64,000 nt of DNA from the NCBI RefSeq assembly GCF_018977255.1, contig NW_024704742.1, positions 62,994,001-63,058,000 on the forward strand. Direction: 5' to 3'. Source of the stretch: Callorhinchus milii (taxonomy: Eukaryota). This document shows positions 11,602-22,717 of the stretch, in pieces (the stretch's first letter is position 1; each line of letters begins with the position of its first letter). The notes under the pieces were generated by a model, which did no database searches, was not told the DNA's origin, and worked only from the letters and a program-made list of their open reading frames with translations. A program made the position numbers and the translations under genes.

Positions 11602-13080
11602 TTTTTTTTTGTCTGGTGCCTGATGTACGTGAAAAACCCGTCACCATGCTTACGAGTAGCCAAAACAAGCTGAGGTTTCCCTGCATCCCAACTACACATG
11701 GAAATCCCAGAAATAGATTGTTAGAATGGAATCCACGCTCTCTCCCTGGAGGGACACATCCTGCTTACCTAATTCCAGAAAGTATTAGGTGCAGGTTGGC
11801 AAGATCCAAGGCTTGGGGATCCCAGAGTGTGTGTTGGTGTACTGCTGGAGTCTAACCAGATAAAACCACATAGTTTGCCGTTGATATTGCTGTTCGGCAA
11901 GCTTTCCCACTGCTTATCCAGCTAAAACCACCCTACCCATTCGGGCTTTGATTTGCAGGGTTAGCAGGAGCTGAGTGGCATGACTCCCTGCCCTCAGTGA
12001 CTGGCCTACCCTCCCAGGTCCTGCCAATGAGCCAGGCTGGCTGTATTGCCATCAGCAGTGCCCTGGAATACTGCAGACCCGCCTGGCTCAGGAACCGGAC
12101 TACAGAGCGCTGGTTCAATTCCAACATTCCATTGCCATGCATGTCACCTTGGAGCCAGTTGAGCTTCAAGTTGACCCAACTTACCTCCCCCCAAGGAGGT
12201 AGCATTTTTGCCCACAAAATATACAGTCAATTCACTTTACAGTATATTCTGTGAAGCGCTTTGAGACGTCTAGAAGACGTGATAAAGCGCTATATCAAAT
12301 GCAAGGATTATTTTACACATATCATTATATAGTTGGTTGTTTGACATCTGACAAGCATGGTTTTCAGCCCTCACTAGGTGGATGATAGGTACAAGGAACT
12401 CCCCGCGAGCTTCCCCGTGAGCAACACATATCAGTATAAAATGTATGAAAGCATTGCAACTGTCTTCACGTACGCAGCTTGGGCACACATCCCTTCCCAT
12501 TGAGAAATGGTTCTACCAATTGGAGGTGAGGAGTTTAAGCAGCAGCTGTTTGCCTCTCTGCAGCCAATCTAGGTGGATTCCAGGCTCTGGACATAAAATA
12601 AAAACGTGTGTTCACAAACTCAAGACTCCAGGTAACACCTTCTAGCAGCTGTCATCCAAGCCTCAGAGTTTCCTCATTGGTTATGTGCTTTCAGCATGAT
12701 GGGAGGACCTTTACAGAACAACTTGGGACATGCTAGCCACGTTGATGTTCTTGAGCTTCAAGACCAATGCCATGTACCAGGCTTACTCAGCATTAGCCGC
12801 TTATCCAGGTCCTCACGAGAGGGCCCTGTGCAAATAGATGTGCCCATTGTGAAGCTGCCTCCACCTCCAGGTGCTTAGCGACAGGCTGGAGCCCTCCCTT
12901 CCTGAAGCCGGTTCCTGTGTTTGCCATAAATCCACCTTGCTGCTTGATCCCGGACTTTGCAGATGGGTCAGAGAAAACATATCCGCTGTATCCCCGGGAG
13001 CTTGAATCCATAAAGGAGGACTGTTTGTACACGGGTCTTGTATACCGCAAGCTTGACCTGCATTGAGACCTTCACAGTAC
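11602..13080 (-). mobile_element. RTE-X-like non-LTR retrotransposon 3' half (RT thumb, CCHC knuckle, long 3' UTR, poly(A)), split by a SINE tail at 12198-12312
   Basis: Minus strand: KLAVYKTRVQTVLLYGFK; GKQLLLKLLTSN; CPSCVRED...HFILICVAH.EARGEFL; T9 at 11602-11610 is the poly(A). Confidence 0.7.
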
Positions 13081-13209
13081 ATATTGTAAAGTGATTTGGA
13101 CTGGACTTCTATTCCACTATCTATAACAGTGTTGCCCATCCAACATTAAGTGCTTTGAGATGTCCTCACAATGTGAAAGGAGCAATTTAAATGTAAATTG
13201 TATTGTGGT

Positions 13210-13375
13210 GGAACATTAAACCGAGGTCACATCTGCCTGGTCAGCTGAATGTTAAAGATCCCATTGGCACTATTCGAACAGAGAATGGAGTTTCTCCTGG
13301 TGTTCTGGCAAACAATATCCAAATAAAATCGGTCATTCACTCTATGGCTGTTTGTAGGACATTTCTCTGCACACT
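13210..13375 (+). mobile_element. Deu-SINE central fragment
   Basis: cattaaaccgaggtcacatctgcc...gttaaagatcccattggcactattcgaa. Confidence 0.75.
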
Positions 13376-14114
13376 CAAATAAAATTATTCCCAACATAAA
13401 TAAATGTGCTTACAATGCACCATTGTTAACCTTTCTTCAGCAATAAAATTGTGGGTCCTTATTCAACTACACACTTCACTATTTCTCTCAGCTTTATTCC
13501 AGATTGGATAGAAATAGACCATTATTTTGACAGCAATTATGCCCTAGAATGATAGTTATCATGTAATTGCACAACTACAATGCAATGATCTGCTATATAT
13601 TTGCTCACCTTAGCACCGGCTGCCTAAGAAAGCGACAAATATTAAAGGTTAATCAATCTAGGTTACTTCATCACAGTTCATTAACAATGAATTGTGCTAT
13701 ACAGATACTTTCAAAAGATATGTTACAAATAGCTTCATGCATGAATTCTTAAGCAGAGTAGCTTTTAACATAATGTTGACTTACTCCATCTTGTACATTC
13801 ATGCATTCTGGTTTCAGCAAAACTGGATCTCATTAATGATGAAAATACATAAGCTACTTTACATCCGCTATCGTGGGTTTTGATAATATCCACAGTACCT
13901 TAAAGACCCAGTTAAAAGCATTTGAATTAATTCAACTTTCTGCAGTTACAAAAGAGAATTAGACTCTCTCTCACATCATTTACATATGGTAATCATTCAC
14001 ATTTTCAAAGATAGAAAGACTGTAGTCTGTAAATAGTATATAGTTTAAATTAACTCGAGTTTATTTTATTTTATTTATTTTAGTTTATTGTATAGAAGCC
14101 TTCCCATACCACAA

Positions 14115-14450
14115 TAGAACATAAAACAAAGTGGAGCCTCTGGATGTACATACATAGTTACATACAGAAACAGCCCGTTCAGCTCAACAAATTTGTGCCG
14201 GTTTTGAGCCACACACAAACTATTCCCCTCTCCTATACCCATCTATTCCCTCCTCATTGATGTATGCATTATATTTTCTCTTAAATGCATTGATGCTGTT
14301 TGCTTCAACCTAAAGCTTCCAACAGTGAGTTCCAAATTCTCACCACTCTGTCTATGAAGAAATTCCTTCTAAACTCCCTATTAAGTCTACTACTGGTTAT
14401 CTTATATTTTTGTCTTCTATTTTTGGACTTACTGACAAGTGAAAACAACA
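14115..14450 (-). mobile_element. CR1 3' end
   Basis: YKITSSRLNREFRRNFFIDRVVRIWNSL on the minus strand. Confidence 0.85.
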
Positions 14451-14489
14451 TCATCTTCCAATATGCATAGAATACAATGCAAATTATAT

Positions 14490-14680
14490 ACATCTATTAC
14501 TTTTCACGTCGGGAGGATGTCCCAAACCGCTTAACAGTACTGGCGGGGCATCCAAGCTGGGGATGGGAATCTAGGGATGGGGAGTAGAAAGATAACCAAA
14601 AATGTGTTCAAAGAGGTTCCTTTTGAGACAGACCTTGAACGAGGTGAGGAAAGGGTTAAGTCAAAGAGACTCCAGGATGA
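14490..14680 (-). mobile_element. L2 3' tail fragment
   Basis: ttttcacgtcgggaggatgtcccaaa...ttgagacagaccttgaa. Confidence 0.7.
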
Positions 14681-16249
14681 AGACTGGTGTGTGTGTGTGA
14701 GAGGGTGGGTGGGGTTGGGTAGGACATTGTGGAATTGTAGCTTGATCCAAAATTGAGTCTGTGTATCATGCAGTGTGTAAAATCATTCAGCACACTACAT
14801 AAAATAGAAATGGTATTAACGGAGGAAAGTTAAATCTGTCGGACAGCTGGTAGATTTGATTTCTGAAATTAAGACGGAGAAGAGTCTTACACTGAGAGGA
14901 TTTTTTTTCAGCTGTGTTAATTATTCATTGATCTCTCTGGCATGGTTCCGACAATACCTTTAGAACCTCGGTTACCAGGGCCTACCTTGTAAGGAAAAAA
15001 TTCATCTCTAAATCAATTGAATTTCAGAGAGATTTGCCAGTAATTAGAACACCCTCCGGCCTTTTCTTAAACAAAGACAGTAATTGCTTTCATAATGAAA
15101 ACCAAATTCCAGGTTCCCAGCCAATCTCTGCAGTTATCTGAATTGTGATTTTCAGATGTTATTTACCACACTGTTTAGAAAGAGGAAAGAGTTTCTCCTG
15201 GTGTCCTGATCAATAATCCCTAAATAAAAAAACTGGTCACTCGCTTCATGGCTGTTTGTGGGACACTGCAGTGTGTAAATTGAATGCTGTTTTTGCCTGG
15301 AAAATACAAATGGCTCACTAGTACACCTTACTGTAAATTCTTGAAGCAATTTGTGATGTCAATCTGACATGAAATGTTATATATCAAACTTAAGTATTAT
15401 TATTATTAGTGTGTTTTCATTATGCCGAGGGAAACGGGAAGGTTTGCAGTACTAATGTCCATACTAGGCTTGATTTTAATGGTTCATATCATGACTTTAA
15501 AATATTAAATTTCGTATAATCCTTACTTTTGATATAGTGCCTTTCACGTCAGGAAGCCATCTCAAAGTACTCCACATGATATGCTGCAAAGTGCAATGCC
15601 TGTGTATTTTGAAGAGAATTCTCATGGTGGCAATAATCCCTCAAATAAAATTGGTCATTCACTCCACTGGCTATTTGTGGGATATTCCTGTGGGCAAATT
15701 GGTTGTGCTGTTTGCCTACAAAATACACACACTCACACCCCTTTACAGTATTTCCTGTGAAGCGCTTTGGGACACTTCAACAACCTGATAAGGAGCTATA
15801 TCAGATGCAAATATTATTATTATTGAAGACAAACAAGGAATATAAAGCAATAGAGGAGCATAAACAGACATTTGAGAATAAATGGACTCCTCGCTGTAAT
15901 GTCTGTGATTAAATGATTTATTAGTCCAAATTTCAGCACAGAGATATTGATAAGCTTTGAGTTCAGGAATCAGAAAAGATGTGGTATCTCAGAACATGGC
16001 TGCCTTAGTGGATGTGATCAGCCAGTTGCGTCCCATCTACTGCACAAATTTGGAGTTTTACACCTCACTGTCACTTGTCAAACCTTGGCAGCTGATAAGC
16101 AAAACCTTCACATAATAAAGCCCCAGTGCTAATCTTTGTTCAATACAACTAGTGCTTCTGTCCATCATGTTAAAGTTAGACTAAGTAGCTGCAAAGACTT
16201 GGATTCCAGGCACAGCACATAATACAAGTCATGCAAGTAATGCACAAAC

Positions 16250-16443
16250 AATAATAAATTGGTCATTTTCAATCCATGACTGTTTGTGGGACACTGCTGT
16301 GCGCAATTGGCTGCCGCGTTTGCCCACAAATATACAGTCAATTCACTTTACAGTATATTCTGTGAAGCGCTTTGGGACGTATAGAAGACGTGAAAAGCGC
16401 TATATCAAATGCAAGGATTATTATTATTATTATTATTATTATT
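16250..16443 (+). mobile_element. 5'-truncated tRNA-Ala SINE
   Basis: Near-consensus 3' half with a long (att)n tail. Confidence 0.9.
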
Positions 16444-16879
16444 AAGTATCTGAACACATACCATTACTTTGTACAAGCGTAATCAAGGGAGGAGGAAGGC
16501 AAATCAATGTCTCTTGCTGGCATACCTCAAACCTCAGACAGGGGACTCTTTTATAAAATGCAATAAATGTTTGAAGCTGTTATTCAATGCTAGCATTAGA
16601 ATTTCATCAGTGATAAAACAACAGGCATTTTCCTCACTGTATGAAAGGATATCAGAGAGTTCAAGATAAAAAAGAAAGAAGCACTTGTATTTTTAAGGAT
16701 CAAATCACGTCTAAAAACTTCAAAGTGCTTGTCAAGCGTAGTGACTGTTTTTTGTAGGCGAAGTGGCAGGCAATTTATAAAGAGCAAGATCCCACGAAGG
16801 ATGCTATCTCTGACAAAGGTTGTCTGCACTCAATTGGGTCATCTTTCAGCTGATTTGTTAAACCAAGGACTTGTTCAGT

Positions 16880-17187
16880 GGAGTCCTATAGCTCAGTGGT
16901 TAGAGCACTTGCTTCGCAAGCAAGAGACCTGGGTTCAATTTCCGGCAGGATGAAACCTTGGGTAGGTTTCCTTACTCCACACGCCTGATAATAATCCCTC
17001 AAGAAAAAAATAAATTAATAATAATTTGGTCACTCAATCTATGACTGTTTGTGGGACACTGCTGTGGGCGATTGGCTACCGTGTTTCACCCACAAATATA
17101 CATTCAATTCACAGTATATTCTGTGAAACGTTTTGAGATATCTAGAAGATGTGAAAAGTGCTATATCAAATGCAAGGATTTTTTTTA
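16880..17187 (+). mobile_element. tRNA-Ala-headed SINE, short form
   Basis: A box tagctcagtgg, anticodon loop ttcgcaa, B box ggttcaatttcc; junction ccacacgcctg|ataataatccctc. Confidence 0.92.
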
Positions 17188-17720
17188 TATAAGGTCTTAT
17201 CCACATGTTCTGGTGGCCTCATACTATTAGGAAAGAGGAGGGAGATTTTCAGAAGGTGCTGGCTACAATCCTCACGATTAATTGCTCATTCACTTCATGG
17301 CTATGTGTGGGATGTTCCCGCTGAAACTTTGCTGACAAAAACATTCAAAGCAATTACCTGTGAAGCACTTTCAGCATTTGACATAATAAGATGCTATGAA
17401 ATTCAGTTTGTTCATTTGTTTATTTCAAACAGTTTTTTTCCTTACAATAGCTTCTGGAAAAGTGGAAAATCAATTTATTCTATGCAAAATGTAAAATCTC
17501 ATCTTTATCTGCTGCACAGCTGGTAACCCTGCTTTGTCTGGCACAAAGACCACCTGAAGCTATTGATGTCTGAGAGATTGGTCTAAACCAATACGTCACT
17601 CACTTCAAAGGCTTGTCTAAAATCAGTCTATATCATATTAATAATAATCCTTGCATTTGATATAGCACCTTATCATATCTTCTAGATGTCTCAAAGCGCT
17701 TCACAGAATATACTGTAAAA

Positions 17721-18200
17721 TGAAATGCAAAATATTGCAGATGCTAGAAATCTGAAACAAAAACAGAAGTCGCTGGTAACACTCAGCAGGTCAGGCAGCA
17801 TCTATGGAGAAAGGAAAGTGAGTCAATGTTTCAGGTCCACGACCCTTCGTCAGAACTGGGGCATGTTGAGAGGGAGAGGTTTTTAGGACTAACAGTGAGT
17901 GGGGAGGCAGGACAAGGAAGACAAAGGAGAAAATGGTGTGGGGCACAGGGAATGATGGGTTAAAGAGGTGTTCATGATGCAAACCAAAGGAGGGTAGCAG
18001 AGGTAGACCAGATAGACTGTTAAGCTGTAAGCTCTTATGGAAGATGGGAAGATGGGAGGTGTTCTTATGGGCTGAAGTGGTTGAAATCATTATTGAGGCC
18101 AGTGGACTGTAAGGTCCCCAGCAGATAAATAAGGTGCTGTTCCTTGAACAGTGGTCATTGGAACAGTGTAGGAAACCGTGGATGGAGAGGTCAGATGACC
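17721..18200 (-). mobile_element. Penelope-like element 3' end (GIY-YIG endonuclease C-terminus plus pseudo-LTR)
   Basis: Minus strand DLSIHGFLHCSND, then after a frameshift KEQHLIYLLGTLQSTGLNNDF (18148-18080), matching the PLE motif EEQHLIFRLGTLQPxGLN. Confidence 0.85.
17820..17858 (-). ncRNA. Minimal type I hammerhead ribozyme motif (probably decayed)
   Basis: Minus strand cagtt-CTGACGA-agggtcgtggacct-GAAA-catt-gact: core boxes, short stem II, agtt/gact stem I. Confidence 0.7.
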
Positions 18201-18864
18201 CACTCTGCCTTCCCCCACCTCCGCAACATCGCCTGGCTCCAACGCAGGCCACCGAAACCCTCGTACTGCCTTCATTACAATGAGGCTCAACTATGCAAAC
18301 TCACTGTTTGTCGGCCTCCCTTACTCTTCCCTCCACAGGCTGCATATCATCCAGAACTTTGCAGCCCATGTCCTCTCCCACACTAGGCTCCATGACCCTA
18401 TCACCTCCATCTTTGCCCAACTCCACTGGCTTCCCATCACACAGAGGATACAGTTCAAGATGCTGGTCCTCACCTTCAAAGCCCTCCATGGTCTTGCTCC
18501 CCCCTACCTCTCCGACCTCTTAACCCCCTACCACCCTGTTCACTCCCTCCACTCAGCAGGCTCCGGCCCGCTTCATGTCCCCAGCCTTGCTCGCCGCACT
18601 ATTGGCGGGCTGGCCTTCCGCCACTCTGCACCCACCCTCTGGAACTCCATCCCACAGTCCCTCTGTCTCGCCCCAATCCTCCCCACCTTCAAGATCCACT
18701 TCAAGACTCTCCTCTTCGACGGTGCTTTCGATCTCTCTGCTTCACCTCCTGCCCTCCCCCACCCCGACCCTCAGCTTGGGTCAATAACTCTGTCTGTCCA
18801 GTACCTTGGAACGTCCTCCCAATGTGAAAGCCACTCTACAAATGTAATTTTGTTGTTGTTGTTG
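18195..18864 (+). mobile_element. L2 3' fragment
   Basis: 207-aa ORF RLNYANSLF...LHWLPITQRIQFK...TLWNSIP; (ttg)n tail. Confidence 0.95.
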
Positions 18865-21084
18865 GATTGGAAATATATATCAGATAATTCTCTGAATAGG
18901 TAAACACAGCCTCATTGCATAGCTGTTCACCTGGAATGATAGGATTTAAAGCCACTATTAACGGCTACAGTTATAGATCCTAACCACTGAAAAACATTAG
19001 CATCCCAAAACATATCCAATATCAAGGACAAGTAACAGTGAGTTCTAATGGGATTCCTTAACTAAGGAAATTGGAAGTAATGTCACGCCGATTTGTGGAA
19101 GCTGTGTTCCACCAATCCACTTTTGAGTTCCCAAAAAGAGGATGACCCATTCTAATTACTGAAAGGAGTTTCCACTCAGATTTCTTCAATGAGGAATTGC
19201 AGTCCTTAGGTAGATTTCTTTATTCAAGAATACTATTAGAATCCACTGCCTAATCAGATCCCATTGTTCAAGCAACTTTAAATTCACTCAACAGTTCAGC
19301 CTCACAGCCACATATTTTGGTTGAATGCTGAAATGGAAAAGATTGAGGTGAAACGTATCAATCATAGCAATTATCCATGCATTTGAGATTGTGCCTTTCA
19401 CATGAGGCAGACATTTGCAAGGAACTTCACTGCAAAATGTAGCGACATGCACTCTATGGCGGACAGCGATGACCCACAAACAATTGCGATGAGGTGTCCC
19501 AAAGTACGGAGATGATGTTTACATCACCACATAGATGCACACCTGCAGAATTAAGGCTTGAACAGTTGTAATGAGGAACATATGAGATCAATAGCATTCA
19601 GTAACCTTGGAAACCATGCATTAGCGTGAAGCTCATGCAATAATTTTTTTTGCTCAGGAAAAAAAAAGCAGCTGCTCTAATGACAAATAAAGCTGTCTAT
19701 AATTACCTGATAATAGACTTTTAGGTGGAGTTCACTCTGATACCTGCGATGTGCATGGCAGGACTCTAAAATTAGTTTGCAGAAGATGGTCTTTGGCAAT
19801 GACCATTTGCTATAATATTTGCACTCTAAATCCTTATTTTCTGGTGAGCAGACATTTAAAATTGTGCTCCTCCGATCTATGGCATGAAAAATGATCACAG
19901 CAAATCTGTTAGGAGACATTGTATTTGGAACTCGCCAGTTGGAACTGAACACTGCCTGACTTTAGCACAATGGTTTTGTCTGAAGCTTGTTCATTTTGGG
20001 AGGACGTCCTAAAGTGCTTCACAAGTTTCATTCTGCAAGTGAATACGGTGGTTAATTTGTGCACATTAATGTACCACAAAGAGGCATGAATGACTTGGGA
20101 GTTGCTCTCCACGACACTAGGAGAAACTTGCATTTTATAGCTCTCTTCAAGAAATAATTAATAATAATAATAATGATAATGATAATAATAAGCCTTGCAT
20201 TTGATTTTGCACCTTATCACATCGTTGAGATATCTTAAAGCGCTCCACAGAATATGCTGTGTATTTTGTCCGTACATTTCATAGTTAAGAAAAACTCATA
20301 TGAAGTACTTTGATATGCCTTGACATAAGAGAAATATCAAAACCAAGGAATTATTTATTGCTACTTTATGCTTTGTGATAGAGTGATGGAGTTTTAAAAT
20401 GTTTTAAAAATGTTGGCAAGGCAATGAAGTTTATTTCTTTAAATGAGCTTGCGGCTGTCAGAAAGTGGTTTGCTTTCCAACTGAAACATAAAGTTGATCA
20501 TTTGTTTTAAAATAAATATTTTTCAATATTACGGTTATTGTTATTGGTGAAAGAACATATTGTAAGAAAGGTATTTTGAAATTATTTCCAGATAGGTATT
20601 TTCATAATTTGTTACGTATCACTTTAGCAAATACAGTAGTAGTTGATTTTCAACGATTTCAGCAAAATGTATTTACTTACTTTGACAAAGAATATGAAAC
20701 ATATACTTAGATTGTTTGCATAATGCCCGAAATATTAGCTTGCAAACCTATTCCCCAATTGCACAAGCATAAAAATGCTGTTTTGCTATATATTTATTCT
20801 CAAATCCAACTTGAAACAATATTAAATCTATCACATTTGAACACATACACCGTGGTGCTGTGAATAATTGGGATTGGGGTTTCATTTTCTGAAACTGTAA
20901 TATAATCAGAGTCCATAGAAATATGTTCTAAACTTTGGTCAGGAGGTAAAAACTTAATTTGCTTATGAGAAGTTATAAGTGCAGCTTTCATCAATCTGCC
21001 AAATAACTGAAGCTGCATTCAAGAGCATATTCATGGTAGTGAACTCAATCAGCAGACCAAATTAGTGACGCAATCACCCGTCTG

Positions 21085-21290
21085 GTTAGGAGAAGAAAGT
21101 CCTTCGGCTCATTTAGTCTTACACTCCAAGAGTGCCCACCATACCCCAAGCTGTTTCTTTAAATGATCCCAGCAACCTTGGCCTCAACCACCCTTCCCTG
21201 TAGCCTTTTCCAGTTGTGGATCATCCTCTGAGTAAAGAAATACTTCCTGTTCTCTAACCTGAAATTGCCCTTTGCAACTGTGACATGGAT
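21085..21290 (-). mobile_element. CR1 3' fragment
   Basis: Reverse strand gggcaatttcaggttagagaacaggaagtatttctttactcagagg...tggaa (FFTQR..W). Confidence 0.75.
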
Positions 21291-21479
21291 TAAGAAGATG
21301 ATAACTAGAGTTAAAAGGTTCTGCCGACCTCTTCAATACTCTCCAGTTAAAGACATTTCATCCTTAGGTAGCTTCATTTGCTTGCTTGGGACGGATAAGA
21401 CACTGGGCTTGAATGTTGGAGATGTGGGAATGGATGGATGAATATTTTGGAATATTGATACTTTAACCTCGGACAACAG

Positions 21480-21700
21480 ATACAACAATTTTACATTTAT
21501 ATACAGTAGCACCTTTTACATTGGGGGGATGTTTCAAAGCGCGGAGCTGTCTGGGAGCTGGAGGGATAGGGGGCTGAGGAAGTATGGGATGAAGGAAAAT
21601 GGTACCCAAAAGCATGGTTGAAAATAAAGGCAAGCTTTAAAGAGGTAGGATGAGGCAAGTGGACTCTGGGATGGAATTCCAGAGAACAAGGCAGAATGCA
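21480..21700 (-). mobile_element. L2 tail fragment
   Basis: caacaattttacatttatatacagtagcaccttttaca...ggatggaattccaga. Confidence 0.65.
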
Positions 21701-21734
21701 TGAAAAGAGATATTTGGTCAAAACCATGAGAGAA

Positions 21735-22022
21735 GTAACTTTCTCTTTCTGATTAGTGCCATAGGATCTTTAATGTGCACCTAACATCCACCTCGGTTTA
21801 ATGTTTCATCTGAAGGACGACACCTTCAACAACCTAGCCCTCCCATAACCCAACATTGGAATGTTAGCATAAACTATGTGGATTCCAAGTCCCGACTTGG
21901 GCTTGAACCTGTAATAAATAATTCTTGCATTTGATATAGCGCTTTTCACGACTTCTAGATATTTCAAAGCACTTCACAGAATACTGTAAAGTGAATTGAC
22001 TGTATATTTGTGGGCGAAACCA
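21735..22022 (-). mobile_element. Deu-SINE fragment (21735-21910) followed by a SINE tail
   Basis: ggatctttaatgt...cctcggtttaatgtttcatctgaagga; tail attcttgcatttgatatagcgc. Confidence 0.75.
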
Positions 22023-22609
22023 TCTAACTCGTGATATTTATGATCAGGGATCCCACTTTAAAACCTACTTCTTTGACCCTGCCTACGGTCACTTTCCACT
22101 TCTCCCTTGCTCAGTGTCCAACTCTGCGATTGTGTAGCCTTCCGAGGCTGCATTGGAGTGTCATCATAAACTATATCAGGCATGCTATATGCTGTTGTGG
22201 ATATTTCAGTCAGGTCTCTCCTGATTATATCTCATTCTCCTCCAAAATACCAGTCACTACACTTTACAATATATCCTGAAAGGCACTATGTCAAATTACA
22301 GGATTATTATTGTATTCCACTTGTGTTGCTGTAGTTATGTAATAGAAACACAGTTTGTAAGATTGCAACTACAAATCAATTTGCCCTTTGAGTTCATAGG
22401 GCTGGTTGTTCACGTTTGCAGGCATATAACAATGTCAAACACATGAATTCTCAGCACTTTTCCAAATGTGCTATTGTCAATGAAACATTGGTTATTACTC
22501 TTCAGAAAAGTAGTTGTTTTACACAGCAAAAGTCAGTGTAACAACAAGCATTACATCCAAAGAATAGTGCAATATTGTGTAAGGTTTCTCCCACATTTAT
22601 TTGGAATTG

Positions 22610-22717
22610 AAAGGATTAGTTGAGGTACAGATCAGCCATGATCTAATTAAATGGTGGAACAGGCTCGAAGGGCTGAATGCCCTACTCCTGTTCCTATGTT
22701 CCTACGTTCCTATGTTC
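22610..22717 (+). mobile_element. CR1 3' UTR and tail
   Basis: gatcagccatgatct...aatggtggaacaggctcgaagggctgaatg..ctactcctgttcctatgttcct. Confidence 0.85.

Noticed and set aside
11577..12254. Similar ORFs (KLRFPCIP.THGNPR) here and at 36784-37044, suggesting a gene family
   Set aside because: They lie antisense to a poly(A)-ended repeat UTR; the similarity reflects repeat homology
17791..18252. 153-aa minus-strand ORF
   Set aside because: Chance read-through across an antisense L2 piece and a frameshifted Penelope remnant
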